64,000 bases of DNA from Octopus vulgaris. Taxonomy: Eukaryota. The stretch spans positions 23,622,001 to 23,686,000 of the forward strand of contig OX597816.1 in NCBI GenBank assembly GCA_951406725.2. Reading direction: 5' to 3'. How positions within the stretch are numbered: the stretch's first letter is position 1; every line of letters begins with the position of its first letter. The position numbers were made by a program, and so were the translations under genes. This document shows positions 27,288-42,208 of this stretch, piece after piece. The notes beneath the pieces are model-generated. The model worked only from the letters and a program-made list of their open reading frames with translations, was not told where the DNA came from and did not search any database.

Positions 27288-27288
<1 letters not shown>
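26747..27288. repeat. Large fold-back element (about 257-bp arms, about 25-nt spacer)
   Basis: AGTCAAGACGAAGAGCGCGATTCGATTGTAA pairs with TTACAATCGAATCGCGCTCTTCGTCTTGACT; opposite-strand ORFs both read WTLVAL.HTLRLNFCN. Confidence 0.95.
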
Positions 27289-27358
<70 letters not shown>

Positions 27359-27599
27359 TTTTTATTTACAGTTTTCCCTGTTATAATTGAAGACAGCACG
27401 GCAAGGGGACCGGGAAGTTTTGTATAAAACAAATGGAGAACGAAACCTTTTATTTTGAAAAGATAGAAAAAGAGAAAGCAAAAACAAAATTAATTAATTA
27501 ATTAATAACAATTATAAATAAAATAAAATAGAAAACAAAGAAAGAGAGAAAAGAAGAATTTAAAAAATAAATAAATAGAATAAAATTAAATGGGATGGA

Positions 27600-27978
27600 A
27601 GCACTCCGTCGGTTCCGACGACGAGGGTTCCGGTTGATCCGATCAACGAACAGCCTGCTCGTGGAATTAACGTGCAAGTGGCTGAGCACTCCACAGACAC
27701 GTGTACCCTTAACGTAGTTCTCGGGGATATTCAGCGTGACACAGAGAGTGACAAGGCCGGCCCTTTGAAATACAGGTACAACAGAAAGAGGAAGTAAGAG
27801 CGAGAGAAAGTTGTGGTGAAAGAGTACAGCAGGGATCACCACCATCCCCTGCCGGAGCCCCGTGGAGCTTTAGGTGTTTTCGCTCAATAAACACTCGCAA
27901 CGCCCGGTCTGGGAATCGAAACCGCGATCCTACGACCGCGAGTCCGCTGCCCTAACCACTGGGTCATTGCGCCTCCAC
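27600..27978 (-). mobile_element. SINE family 4 head with Nin/Deu-like tail
   Basis: The tail contains GCCACTTGCACGTTAATTCCACGAGC; the same tail occurs at 45135-45260. Confidence 0.85.
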
Positions 27979-28580
27979 AAATAAAATTAAATAGACTACA
28001 TACTGCTATAGATTCGCTCGTCATTCACTCATACGATCTTCATTTTGTGATGGATTTATTATTGGTTGTAAGATATATGATTGCAGTGTCGGTCAGACAT
28101 TCTAAGACAAGTATTGATAAGGATTGTGGAGGCTCTTCGGCTGTGTTGTCATCGATGCAGTTTGAGAATAGAGTCAAAATATTAATCGTTTTCAGAATAG
28201 TCTAAATATTAATCGTTCGGGAGAGAGGTATTGATCTCTTAAGATTTTATTTGTTAACTTCATAGATTTGTAACTTTCTTACTAAGAAATTGAAAATAAT
28301 GTAACATTATGAAACATCCATCACAAACACACACGTATATATAAATATATATATAAACATATACACGTAATATTCATATATATGTAATATATTATTTATA
28401 TATATATATATATTTATTTAATTATATAGACATACGTGTGAATAGGTCTTACGCCTGTGTGTGCAAGCATATGTGCGATTATGTATTTATATATTAAAAC
28501 AGTCCCTGTACAATTATTTAGTGACAAGCTCACGTTGTCAGTAAAATTTAACGTATATAACAATAAACACACATACACTC

Positions 28581-28649
<69 letters not shown>

Positions 28650-29315
28650 ACATATGCACAGATATCCTGTTTCCTTCGGCTTGGAAAGCACTTAACTGTC
28701 TGAAAAACATTATAATTGCAACATTAAAGCGAAGACAAATTTGAAGTAGTACTATTTCATCTAATTAGAAAATATATAAAAAAAAGGTCTTGTTTATAGA
28801 GACATATAAGTGTTATTAAACAGAGGTGACGAGGAAGTTTTTCAACACTCTTGTTTTTCAACACACAAGCGAGTTACCTCATTACTATTCTATTACTGAA
28901 ATTAGTATAATTATCGCGATGATGACGATGATGATGATGATAATAATAATGATTGTAATTTGTTCTTTTTTAGGGTTAGTTTCTATATTTTGTAACATGT
29001 CAATGAACTTTTGTCAGTTATATGTCGCTCTTAGACACTTTGTGTTTGGCCATGTCCTAAAAGGTTACATCATGTTCGGTTTTGGTACTAGCTGTATTAA
29101 ATGTGCCCGGCTGAATTTTGTTATGTAACGGTTACGTGCCATGGTCCTTCTTCGTCTCTTTCTTTAACCAGGTTATTTTAAAAATATCTGATTAGTTATC
29201 TTTGTCTATTACCTTTAACTTGTTTCAGGGAGGTAAGAAACAAAACAACACAACACCGGTTGTCGTCCGGTACGAGGACAAGCTCAGACACGAAGACGAT
29301 CCACTCACACAGTTT

Positions 29316-29840
29316 CTTATTTCTTTATTGCCCACAAGGAGCTAAACATAGAGGGGACAAACAAGGACATACAAACGGATTAAGTCGATTATATCAACCT
29401 CAGTGCATAACTGGTACTTATTCAATCGACCCCGAAAGTATGAAAGGCAAAGTCGACCTAGGCGGAATTTGAACTCAGAACGTAACGGCAGACGAAATAC
29501 CGCGAAGTATTTCGCCCGGCGTGCTAACGTTTTCTGCCAGCTCGCTGCCTGACACAGTTTCTGTCTAGCAAATTCACTCACAGGGCACAGGTCAATCTAG
29601 GGTTATAGTAGGAACCATTAAGGCGGCGAGCTGGCAGAGTCGGTGGCACACCGAGTGAAATGCCTAGCGATATTTCGTCTGACGTTACGTTTTGAGTTCA
29701 AATTCTGCCAAGGTCAACTTTGAAATAGGGACGATTAAATAAGTACCAGTTACGCACTGAGATCGACTTAATCTCTTTGTCTGTTCTGGGATTAAGCAAC
29801 CCCTCTATGTTTTGCCCCCGTGAGCAATAAAGAAATAAAT
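29316..29840. mobile_element. Two head-to-head SINE family 2 copies within an old family 1 relic
   Basis: Copies at 29316-29550 (-) and 29619-29840 (+). Confidence 0.8.
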
Positions 29841-30879
29841 ATAGTATGAAACACTTGCCCAATATACAGCGTAGTGGGACTGGACCCGAAACCACGTGGT
29901 TGCAAGAAGGGCTTCTGAACCACAGAACCAAGCCTGCGCCAATGTTGTTAATATATTTAATTACTACTTCTTGTTTTTGTATGTAAAAATAATCTACGGT
30001 CGAATCTTTGGATCGAGGATAAGTTGATAGCTTTTACTATACTTTCGCTAATTGTTTTGGCTGTCTGTGCAATGACGAATAGACATAATAATCTTCCCGA
30101 CCGTTTGACCCTTGTCCAGACAAACAATTTGTTTGTGATAGTTGGAGGGAAAGAGGGCTGCACGTGTACTCGGATTATGTATATTTACAGCAGAGTGGAT
30201 TCAAGTACCATGAAATTAAGTGCCTTGCACAATGACACTGCGCAGTGCCTAGTCAAGGAATTGAACCTATGTGAATTCCAGCCGGAATGAGAAGATTGGA
30301 CGTAGCTATTTGGCTGAAGGCGATTTGGAACGGCTGACTGGTGCTGGAAGACGGCGCTGGAAGACGACCCTGGAAGACGGTGCAGACAGATGACAGGAAC
30401 CTCTGTCTCTGTCTCTCTCTCTCTGTCTCTCTCTCTCTCTTTCTCTCTCTCTCCCTCTCTCTCATTCACTAATTCACTCACTCTCTCTCTCTCCCCCTTT
30501 TTTCAAATGGATAGGTGTAACGTTCAAAATATCGTATCGGGTGAAATTCCATAAGCTTTTACCATTCAACATTTGACACGTTTAAGGTGATTTACCATTT
30601 TTATAGTGCTTTCTATATTTTCAGTTTTGCGGGAGGCTTGTTTTAAGGATTGTGTCAAATATATTTCTGCCAAGCAAGCCTAATTGGTCCCTTTTATATA
30701 ATACCTAACGCTTAGTAACTAATTATATTTCTGCTAACCAAACCTAGATGGATGCTTTTACTATGACAGCTTATAATTCAGTCTACATCTGGTCAGAGTT
30801 GTTTCATGGTCTTTGAAGGTAATGTACGTGTTTTTATTAACTATGCAGTAAATCATGTCAATAACGAATTGAGTTGACG

Positions 30880-31330
30880 TATGTCTTCCCTCTATATTGA
30901 TGATTTTTTAATACGACGTTTTGTGGTTTTGTAAGTTTCTTTGAAATAGCTGTGTAGTAAGGTATTATGTGTACTTACGCGCCCGCAAATACGAATATTA
31001 AGTGCACGTCCTTTTAATAATATTGCAGTTTTTGTGGAAATATTTTTCGTTGCGTTGCAGAATTTTATGCTTTTCAATATGTTTAAATCATCCTATTTGA
31101 ACTTTTTCCCTTTCCAGGTCTTTCCATTGTAGTGTTCATTTCCGATGTTTGAACTATTTGCTTGCTGTTTCTGTAGATTATGAATGTTTTTCGTAATTGT
31201 GGAAATAGGTATTCCAATAAATGATTTCCATTGCGCCTACGATACTTTTCTTTGGAAAGTTCGATATATATTTTGTGCTCGAATATAGCTTTATACTTCA
31301 TCGAGTATAATGTGTTTATTTGCTCCATTT
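30880..31330 (-). pseudogene. Penelope-like GIY-YIG endonuclease relic
   Basis: LY..KYKAIFEHKIYIELSKEKYRRRNGNH..SKQI / KFCN..KTAILLKGRALNIR parallels VY....K.YIG.....K.RY.NH..LSK.IW..CNLCL.EK..IL...LN.R. Confidence 0.45.
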
Positions 31331-31581
31331 TTCTTTACTAGAAAAGAACGAAGGAAATAGAGATTTGCATAAAAAAAATTAGGCCAACAACATAAATACA
31401 TAGATACATATGCATATTTGAGTGTGTGTAGGTGTGGGTGTGTGTATTTATGTGTGTATACATACATGTATATACGTATATATAGATATATACATAGATA
31501 TACATAATTACACATGCATACGTACATACATATATAAATATCTGTATGTACATCTATCAATTCTCTTTCTCAGTCTGTCTG

Positions 31582-31642
<61 letters not shown>

Positions 31643-31659
31643 CTGTCTTTCTCGCTTTC

Positions 31660-31700
<41 letters not shown>

Positions 31701-31740
31701 CTATATATAACATTCTATGTATACATATATATTTATGCAA

Positions 31741-31777
<37 letters not shown>

Positions 31778-32347
31778 ATATGTACATATGCACGGTTGTA
31801 TATCAGTGCATGAATTTATATAAATATATTTTTTTGCAGCCATTACTGTTATTTTGTCAAAAGCTTTGAGGCTATGAGAATTTTTTTCCCTTCCGTTAAG
31901 ACATACTAAAGACCAGGGATTAATTGGACTTTTACGGAATTGGAAAATATTCAACTTCAGCATGCATGTTTTCACACACACATACACGAAGACATACGAA
32001 CACGCATACACAAATACACACAGGCATACACCAAAGTATACATGCGTACGTGTATGCATATTCATGGATATAGATCTTATGGCTTAAACTGCATATATAT
32101 ATATATATATATATATGTATACAAGCACGCATACATACATAGACATATACATGTATGTATATATGTAAGAATATGTACATATACATTCATATACATTCAT
32201 ATATATACGTGCATATATGTATGCATATATATAAACTGGATATATGTATATAAGTGCATATATGTGTGTATACATATATATATATATGTATATATATACA
32301 TGTATCATATATACATGAATAGGTATGATATATATATATATATACAC

Positions 32348-32394
<47 letters not shown>

Positions 32395-32414
32395 CATATA
32401 TATATATACATAAA

Positions 32415-32454
<40 letters not shown>

Positions 32455-32459
<5 letters not shown>

Positions 32460-32620
32460 TCCTTCACCATGCTGGATCTTTGAAATCTACAAATTTTTTT
32501 CCTCCTCTCATAGTTTTACTTTCTTTCATTCCTTTCTGTTGAAGAGCGTCAAACTAATACAGTTGCTTGTCGTTCATACACCTGTCTTCGTCTTTTCTTT
32601 TTCTATAAATTTTAAATATA
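32455..32620 (+). mobile_element. H2 repeat with the ribozyme 3' half deleted
   Basis: TTCTGTTGAAGAGCGT joins directly to CAAACTAATAC, a deletion between two GAGCGT-like motifs. Confidence 0.65.
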
Positions 32621-32835
32621 TATATATGTGTGTGTGTGTGTGTGTATGTGTGTGTGTTTATGTATATATATATATGTGTGTGCGTGTGTGTGTGTACGTT
32701 AATGTAACGGTAGCACATTTGTCGCGAACACATAGAGGAGTGGGTTCGAATCCCATTCAAATGGCAAACCCTACTGTTTATCGTCGAGGGTTTATATGTC
32801 CCAAAATATATCCGTACATAAATATATGTAAATTA

Positions 32836-32879
<44 letters not shown>

Positions 32880-32893
32880 TAAATTTCAAAGTG

Positions 32894-33295
32894 TTTTAAA
32901 TGGGTTTGATTCGGCTCTATGCAACTTAAAGTTTCGCTGGTTTCTACCAGATATTTGTCTAATTCAGGCTAGGTTACCAAGGCGGCTAATGGAACATTGG
33001 CTGCTATAGGTGAAGGTGGGTCACATGATGTTGTCAGAGGTAAAATCGGTAATGCAGTGTCGCAATTTTGGCTAGAAAGAAGGATTTCTTGCACAGGAAG
33101 CTGGTGGCGTTTAGGTGCCTGAGAGAAATTGCGGTGTGTGCGCGAGTGTATATGTGCGTGACTGTGTGCATCAGATATATGAATGTGCAGATGTGTGTTT
33201 GTGTTATTGGTTGTGTGTGTGAATCTGTATGACGGGTTTCTCTCAGAAGCCCTCGAAACTTTAAGTTGCATGGAGCCGAAACAAAGCGTTTTAAA
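32894..33295. mobile_element. MITE-like element with subterminal 27-bp inverted repeats
   Basis: TTCGGCTCTATGCAACTTAAAGTTTCG (32910-32936) versus CGAAACTTTAAGTTGCATGGAGCCGAA (33254-33280). Confidence 0.65.
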
Positions 33296-33489
33296 TAATA
33301 ATACTTGTAACTCCTACCAAATGTGTTCAGTGCCGTTTTATTTCGTTCGTCCACTCACTCATGTATATATGTGTATGTGTGTGTTGTGTGTGCTTGTTGG
33401 TGTGTATGTGTGCTTACATATATATATGTGTGTGTGTGTATGCTTGTGTGTGTGTGTGTTCGTGTGTGTGCATGTATATATGTATATAG

Positions 33490-33693
33490 GTAATCCAAAC
33501 ATGAACAAAGAGAAAACACAACAACGCGAGGACGTGGAACAAGTATAGTGTTAATGGACGCTCAGGAAAGGAAAGAAAGAAGGGGGATTTAACGTTTCGA
33601 GAGGAGCTTTTCGTCAGAAACATAGAAAAAGGAAAGATCCAAAGAAGGGAAGACGGAGGAAGAAAATCGCCAACGATACACACACGATCACAT
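33490..33693 (-). mobile_element. H1 repeat with hammerhead motif (33587-33621)
   Basis: GUUU-CUGACGA-A-AAGC(UCC)UCUC-GAAA-CG-UU|AAAU; stem II is eroded. Confidence 0.8.
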
Positions 33694-33850
33694 ATTGAAA
33701 TATATATATATATATATATGTATATATAAGTGTGTGTGTGTGTGTGTATGTGTGTATTTATGTATATATTTACATATATATTTACATATAAACATATATA
33801 ATATTTATATATATATGTATATATATATGTATATACATATAAATATATAC

Positions 33851-33897
<47 letters not shown>

Positions 33898-33913
33898 TAT
33901 TTACATATGTGTG

Positions 33914-33957
<44 letters not shown>

Positions 33958-34119
33958 CATGTATACATAGATACATGCACATATAATACATAGGCGCACA
34001 GAAGGATGTTCTGTGACAATTTACTGAAGATATGCAGCTTTACTGCAAGCGATGAACATCAGTTGATTCAGAACGTCAGTGTGAAATAAAGATAGCATAA
34101 CCTTCAGGGGCAGTAATGA

Positions 34120-35130
<1,011 letters not shown>

Positions 35131-35185
35131 AAAAAAGTGGTTACAAATGTATATATGTAGGTACATAAGTATGTATGTATGTATA

Positions 35186-35219
<34 letters not shown>

Positions 35220-35538
35220 AATATGTGTGTATGTGTGTGTGTGTGTGCAAGTGAATATAGATAGACTGATCTCTATGTAAATATATTCTGCTTTTACTCA
35301 TCAAATTTTTTATGTATGTATACAGGTTTGTTAGTGTGTATATTTGTCTGTAGATGGGTATGTAGATAGCGAAGTGATATTTATATACCGTTGGTCTTAG
35401 ACGTAAATTTAGAATCTTAGAATGCTAAGTTTACCTCTAAGCTAATGCATACATATGTATGTGTATATATATATATACATATGTGTGTGTGAGAGTGTGT
35501 ATATATATACATGCATATACATATATACATACATATAC

Positions 35539-35569
<31 letters not shown>

Positions 35570-36104
35570 TGTATGTATGTATGTATGTATGTATGTATGT
35601 ATGTGTGTGTGTATGTATATGTGTATTAAGCAATTCAAACTATTAATTATACGTTGGTTATTCACAGTTTTATATCTTAATTAGTTGTTAATTATATATC
35701 ATCAGGTTTGATTTGTTTACATTTTCTTATGTAAAAGTCACTTTTACAAATTACGGCAAAACAAACATTCGAAAAACATTTTCCTCTTAGGCAATAAAAG
35801 AGAAGGAAATTTACGTTTTTATTTTTGTTAATTTTTAAATTTTGTTCAATTCATAGGAATGTGGCCATGCTGGAGGTGAACCGCATTGAAACTGTTTACT
35901 CTAACAAACCGATCCCAGTACATATTCTTAAGTCTGGTATTTACTCTATCGAATACTTTTGCGGAACAGTTAAATTATGAGGCCGTAAACAAAGCAGCAC
36001 TAGTTATCAAATTATGGGGAGGGACAAACACAAAGACTCTCTCTCACTCTCTCAGACACACAGCACACACGCACAAATACACACACATACATATATACAC
36101 AAGT

Positions 36105-36290
36105 AAAAAAACAACAACGAGTGGACGTGGTACATGCAAAGTATTAACAGACGCTCAGGGAAGGAAAGTAAGGTAGTTTTACGTTTTGTGCAAAGCTCTT
36201 CTTCAGAAACAGGAGACAGAGGAAAGTCCAAGAGAAAAGGAAGACGGAAGGAAAAAATCGCCAACGATCCACAAGCAGTTACATTTTATA
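36105..36290 (-). mobile_element. H1 repeat with mutated hammerhead motif (36176-36210)
   Basis: GUUU-CUGAAGA-A-GAGC(UUU)GCAC-AAAA-CG-UA|AAAC; G12 is changed to A. Confidence 0.75.
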
Positions 36291-36435
36291 CATATATAAG
36301 TTTTATACCAGAAGATGGAATGCAAAGGCTTTTTACAAGGTGCTACAGTTCTATCGATTCATGGTTATTAGTCGATAATTGCCGAATACTGCATATATTA
36401 AACCATTATTACAATATCATCCGACAATAGCTACA

Positions 36436-36518
36436 TACGAGGTGTGTATGAAAACATGGTAAAAGACTTCAAGGCTCAAAGGCCTTTAAGGCTCAAAACG
36501 TTTCATACACTCCTCGTA
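36436..36518. mobile_element. Tiny Tc1/mariner-type MITE
   Basis: TACGAGGTGTGTATGAAA ... TTTCATACACTCCTCGTA with TA termini. Confidence 0.6.
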
Positions 36519-36708
36519 CATGTACGACTGCCAGTTAATACAGTCCAAAGCAGTATTTTGTCATTTTTAGTTTCTCTTTGATTTATACTCACATCCTAAA
36601 GTTGTTTTTTGCATTCCATTGACAAAAAATAACACAGAAATACAAAGAGATATAAACCTGAAAAATGCAAGAAATAGGTTAATAGAAATAAGAATTTTAA
36701 AAAATAAA

Positions 36709-36865
36709 GGAGTGGCTGTGTGGTAAGTAGCTTACTTACCAACCACATGGTTCTGGGTTCAGTCCCACTGCGTGACACCTTCGGCAAGTGTCTTCTACTA
36801 TAGCCTCGGACTGACCAAAGCCTTGTGAGTGGATTTAGTAGACGGAAACTGAAAGAAGCCCGTCC

Positions 36866-36904
<39 letters not shown>

Positions 36905-37871
36905 TTGTGTATCTTTGTTTTCCCCCTCCCCCCTCACTTGACAACCGATGCTGGTGTGCTTACGTTTCCGTCACTTTGAGGTTTGGCAAGAGAGACCGAT
37001 AGTATGAGTACTAGGCTTACAAAGAATAAGTCCTGGGGTTGATTTTCTCCACCAAAAGCGTGCTCCAGCATGGGCGCAGTCAAATGACTGAAACAAATAA
37101 AAGAATTAAAGAATAAACCTCCTTTTCCGCAGACTTGTCTAGCATTTTTCTTTAGGAAAATAAACGAACGTTCTATGATAATAAATGTCATAAAATGACT
37201 AACTTGAACAATTACTTGTCTCTTGTGTCTGTTACCGGTTCACTTCAAAGTATATCAGCGGCATATGGTCAATCCCTTAGCACAGCAGGAGACCAAAACC
37301 AGGGGGGAAATATAGAATGAAACTGGAAACATAAAAGAAACGTGAGGAGTAAATAGTTTTAAATATGATAAAATTTATGAGAAATAATATCTGTAAGAAT
37401 GTAATCTAGATAAGTTGGGCAGATAAACGAGAAAGAGTGATAAAGCTCTCCAATGTCGTAACGCAGTGGTGATTAACCTGGGCGGTGACATCCTCTTTGT
37501 GCACTCATAAAGTTGCATCTATGTTTCAGGGAGGTTATGTTTATAGGTATCAGGATTTTTGCGAGAAATAAAATAGTTGTACTTGGTTATTCATTTATTT
37601 ATTTATTCTTTTAGTTTTTTATTTGTTTCAGTTATTTGACTGCGGCCATGCTGCAGCACTGCCTTTAGTCGAGCAAATCGCCCCCAGGACTTATTCTTTG
37701 TAAGTCTAGTACTAATTCTATCGGTTTCTCTTGCCGAACCGCTAGGTGATGGGGGCGTAAACACACCAGCCTCGGTTGTCAAGCGATGTTGGGGGGACAA
37801 ACACAGTCACACAAGCATATACATACTCACACTTACACGCACACAAACACACACACACACACACACACACT

Positions 37872-37926
<55 letters not shown>

Positions 37927-38817
37927 GACGGGCTTCTTTCAGCTTCCGTCTACCAAATCCACTCACAAGGCTTTGATCGGCCCGAGGCTATAGTAGAAGA
38001 CACTTGCCCAAGGTGCCACACAGTGGGACTGAACCCGGAACCATGTGGTCCGTAAGCAAGCTACTTACCACACAGCGACTCAATTATGTTTCTAAACACT
38101 TACGGCAGAGTACTGCAAACAATATTTAGCCATCACTTATAAACGAGTATGGTATCTTGTACCAAGTGACCGGGTACACTTGTGACTTCATATGCACTGA
38201 AGAACAATGAGATTCGCTAATTGTTTTAATTGGCAATGAATCAAAGACACTTGATCGGGCGGAGTTTTCGGGGATATGACAGCAGGAAGAATAAATAGCT
38301 TCATCAACAGACTGCTGGTTATTATCAACAGTCAATCTTCAGTTAAGTAAGCTAAAGGAACTTTAAATGAAGCAATGAGGGAGAAGCAAGGCGTGATTCT
38401 ATCGAGCTGGTATGCAGGAGTGGCTGTGTGGTAAGTAGCTTGCTTACCAACCACATGGTTCCGGGTTCAGTCCCACTGCGTGGAACCTTAGGCAAGTCTC
38501 TTCTGCTATAACCTCGGGCAGATCAAAGCCTTGTGAGTGGATTTGGTAGAGGGAAACTGAAAGAAGCCCGTCATATATATGTATGTGTGTGTGTGTGTGT
38601 TTGTGTGTCTGTATTTATCCCCCCCCCCGACATCGCTTGACAACCGATGTTGGTGTGTTTACGTCCCGGTGAATTAGAGGTTCGGCAAGAGACCGATAGA
38701 GTAAGTACTAGGCTTACAAAGAATAAGTCCTGGTGTCGATTTGCTCGACTAAAGGCGGTGCTCCAGCATGGCCGCAGTTAAATGACTGAAACAAGTAAAA
38801 AGAGTAAAAAGAGAGAG
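36709..38817. mobile_element. Three SINE family 1 copies in alternating orientation
   Basis: Copies at 36709-37110 (+), 37600-38080 (-) and 38413-38817 (+). Confidence 0.9.
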
Positions 38818-38820
38818 AAG

Positions 38821-39044
38821 GTTTGTACGTCAGTCTCTTTGCAGAGTTTACAACATGCTTGGTATCACAGAGACGAGTAGCTGGAAAGCTCTCAAGTTGG
38901 CTGCGGAGGCAGCAGAAATTGCCTTAGGTTGGCTGTGGATCAGGAGAAGTGAACCCCGGAAAGGGTAATTCTAACTGGAATTAAGCTGGGGCTTTGATCG
39001 AACTCGACTGGGTCACATGACTGAGAGTGTCTGATGACCCGAAA
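38821..39044 (+). mobile_element. R2/Hero-like site-specific LINE 3' fragment
   Basis: 38822-38968 translates FVRQSLCRVYNMLGITETSSWKALKLAAEAAEIALGWLWIRRSEPRKG*, like the Hero C-terminus (AAE.AS.WLW..R). The 3' UTR reads CTGGGTCAC.TG..TGAGAGTGTCTGATGA. Confidence 0.7.
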
Positions 39045-39140
39045 TCTATTATATAAAATCCGTTCTGTCTGTCTGTGTGTGTATCTTCTAGGATCTCGGG
39101 CATCCTCCATCCGATTGCGGGGGCGTTTTTCTCGTACTTA
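39045..39140 (+). mobile_element. Helitron-like 5' end fragment
   Basis: A|TCTATTATATAAAA followed by (TCTG)n, like the 5' end of 59235-59640; no 3' end found. Confidence 0.45.
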
Positions 39141-39568
39141 ATAAATCCCAAAAACATTGCTAACGATGTGTCCAGATGCATATACAGAATGATGTATAGA
39201 AAAAATATATATCTTCTGGACATTCTGTGAACAGATACGTTTATTAATTGCAACACATAAGGTATTTGTGCATACTGCTGACAGGAAATTAGAGAAATTA
39301 CTGACCACCACGGGTAACTTAAAATATCAAAAGATCCTGAAATATCGACGAGACACGAAATTTGTGTTTGGAAGGATTCCAGAATTTCTTTAAAGTCTTA
39401 TTAGATTATAGTAAAGTTATAATGGCTTTCTCTTAACAACACTTTCAACCATCTCCTATTTAATTCGACGAGATGTATAAGTGTGTGTGAGAGAGAATGT
39501 GTGTGTGTGAGAGAGAATGTGTGTGTGTGTGTGAGAATGTGTGTGTGTGTGAGAATGTGTGTGTGAGA

Positions 39569-39601
<33 letters not shown>

Positions 39602-40023
39602 AGAGAATGTGTGTGTGTGTGTGTGCGGGAGGTGGGCTGAAATAATTTTAATGTTCGCATATTGGATTATTTAAACAAAACAGCTTCGCTTCAAAGTTCT
39701 ATCCAATGACTTCCACATTATTTATCATTAGACCACTTAAACAGACATGCGCATAAACTAAACGTATAAGCAAACACACACTCACACGTACACGTGCATA
39801 AACATAAACACAGACACATGCTCACACACGGACACACATATACATTCCCTCACACACATTCGCAAACAAATATGCATACAGCTGACGAAGTACAGACTTC
39901 AGATATTCAAAACATGTCTAATGATTTACAGCCGATGCTTTTTAGCTATAATTTATATTAACAGAATATATAGAGGTAGAATCATAAAACTTAGCCCACA
40001 TGCGAGATTATATATATGTATGA

Positions 40024-40094
<71 letters not shown>

Positions 40095-40150
40095 TGAGCC
40101 TGCACAATGTAATAAGTAAATAGTAAGTAATGTATACATACAAAAATACA

Positions 40151-40195
<45 letters not shown>

Positions 40196-40457
40196 GTATG
40201 TGTGTGTATATATATTGTATTATATAGTATATTATTTACCATATTATATTATATTATGTTATATTGTATAATATTATATAGCATTATATCATACTATAAT
40301 ATATACATGTGTGTGTCTCTGAAAGTATATATGTATAATGTGTATGTGTGTGTGTGTAAGATTCTTTTCTTCTTACAAAGTGCTTATCGCGAAGATTCAA
40401 TAAAAGTAAATATAATCATATTGGTAGCACTAATATGTCACAAGGAAATATATATGA

Positions 40458-40504
<47 letters not shown>

Positions 40505-40525
40505 TAAATATATATATGTATACAT

Positions 40526-40593
<68 letters not shown>

Positions 40594-40835
40594 CGTGCAG
40601 CAAATGACGACATATTTCAAAATAGAATCTTGCTACTATTCATATAAATATATAGATATAATATAATTACGTGGTGTTATATATTGTATATTGCATACAT
40701 TTATTTTATTCTGTGGATTTTGATATTATTTAAAAGGTGCTTATGTATAGATATCATTCTTTTCTTTCATTCTGTTTATCACTTGTGCTTAATGTAGAAA
40801 TAGTTGTTATTATTATTGTTACTACTACTACTCTT

Positions 40836-40896
<61 letters not shown>

Positions 40897-41082
40897 GCTC
40901 GTAAAACTGTGTGTATGAATATCAATATGTGCATTCATTTCTATCACCTTCCAGCAGTCTGTACTGCTTATTAAACGGTTCCTCGATGTGGAGTATCCTG
41001 TCAGAAACAAAATGAACTCCTTTAATACGATATCTCTAAACAACCAAACCACTTGCTTCAAGGGACATAGCGGACTACAAAG

Positions 41083-41120
41083 CACGACGTTTCGGCGTGC
41101 TTATCGCCTCTTCAGTAGTA
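41083..41120 (-). ncRNA. Hammerhead ribozyme motif with a canonical core
   Basis: CUGAAGA-GGCG(AUAAGCA)CGCC-GAAA-CG-UC|GUG. Perfect stem II with G10.1-C11.1 and a GUC triplet; stem I is weak. Confidence 0.6.
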
Positions 41121-42153
41121 GACAGCCTTGGCTCTATGGAGCTGCGGTGGTTATGTGTGTGTATCGAGTGAACAGATGCAAAAGGAATGTGTATGTCTTT
41201 GAAGTAAACAAATGAGTAAATCGATTTAAAGTTTAAAATAATTTATTCACTGGACTTAATTTGTCGTTGGTACACATAATTCTTCACTACATACAAAATG
41301 TTGACAACTGCTACGAGTTGCTAGAAATAGAAACGGGGTACATCTGTGGAAGTGATGTGTCAGAAATCAATGTTTGTGTGTCTGTCTGTGTGTGTAGTTC
41401 ATCTGCGATCAGTAGTCTACTGTGTAACTTCGAGCATTTCCCTCGGGTCTCTGCGGTCGTTGAAAACCTGACGTGTCGTAGATCTTGCACGTTTGCCTGC
41501 TAGGCCTTTCTTCTCCTTTGTCTGTTGATCACCGTATTTATAATAATTGTGGCAGCTAGAAAGAACAGACATACTGCAGCAGAGTTTGTACCTAAATAGG
41601 TCAGCTCCTGTCCATTTGAACTTCGCCTGACATGGCTGAGGTCGTAGGTCAAAGGGAGATGATCAATCACTTTTTGACAGAACAAAGAAAATCTTTTTTT
41701 TCGCGCCTGTTGATCGTGGTGGTTTGGACGACCGAGAATTCTTAGATTTGGTTTGAATCTAGGCTTGGAGAAGGAAGTGTTAATTTTTACAGAGCCCAGC
41801 GGAACTCTTAGACGAGGCATGTGCCGGTCTATTTGATAGCTTACCTAGCTGACATTACATTATTAGAGGCAAGTAAAGCAACGAGAACCAGAATATTATA
41901 GTGTACATCTATTCATTTAACGTTACTTCCCACGTCATCTTTAAAATGACTTTTCGCTGTAGATATTTTAGGATTTGTTGAGCTGCAATGAATACCTTTG
42001 AATTCGACAGTATTTTTGCTGACGTCACTAAGTGTATTTGCTGCGTAGTTGTTTTGTTTTTTTCATGACATCACCACTCAGTTTCACACGTCAGCGTTCT
42101 TCTTTTATTTCATTATGGAAATTTTCATAATTGAAAAGCTTCCGTCTCCGGTT

Positions 42154-42208
<55 letters not shown>

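Noticed and set aside
29200-29240. TTTCAG-GGAG-GTAAGA micro-exon
   Set aside because: It lies in a decayed SINE family 1 tail and is not conserved in the duplicate near 20930.
39025-39050. CTGATGACCCGAAA as a hammerhead core
   Set aside because: There is no room for stem II; it is part of the Hero-like 3' UTR cut by a Helitron-like end.
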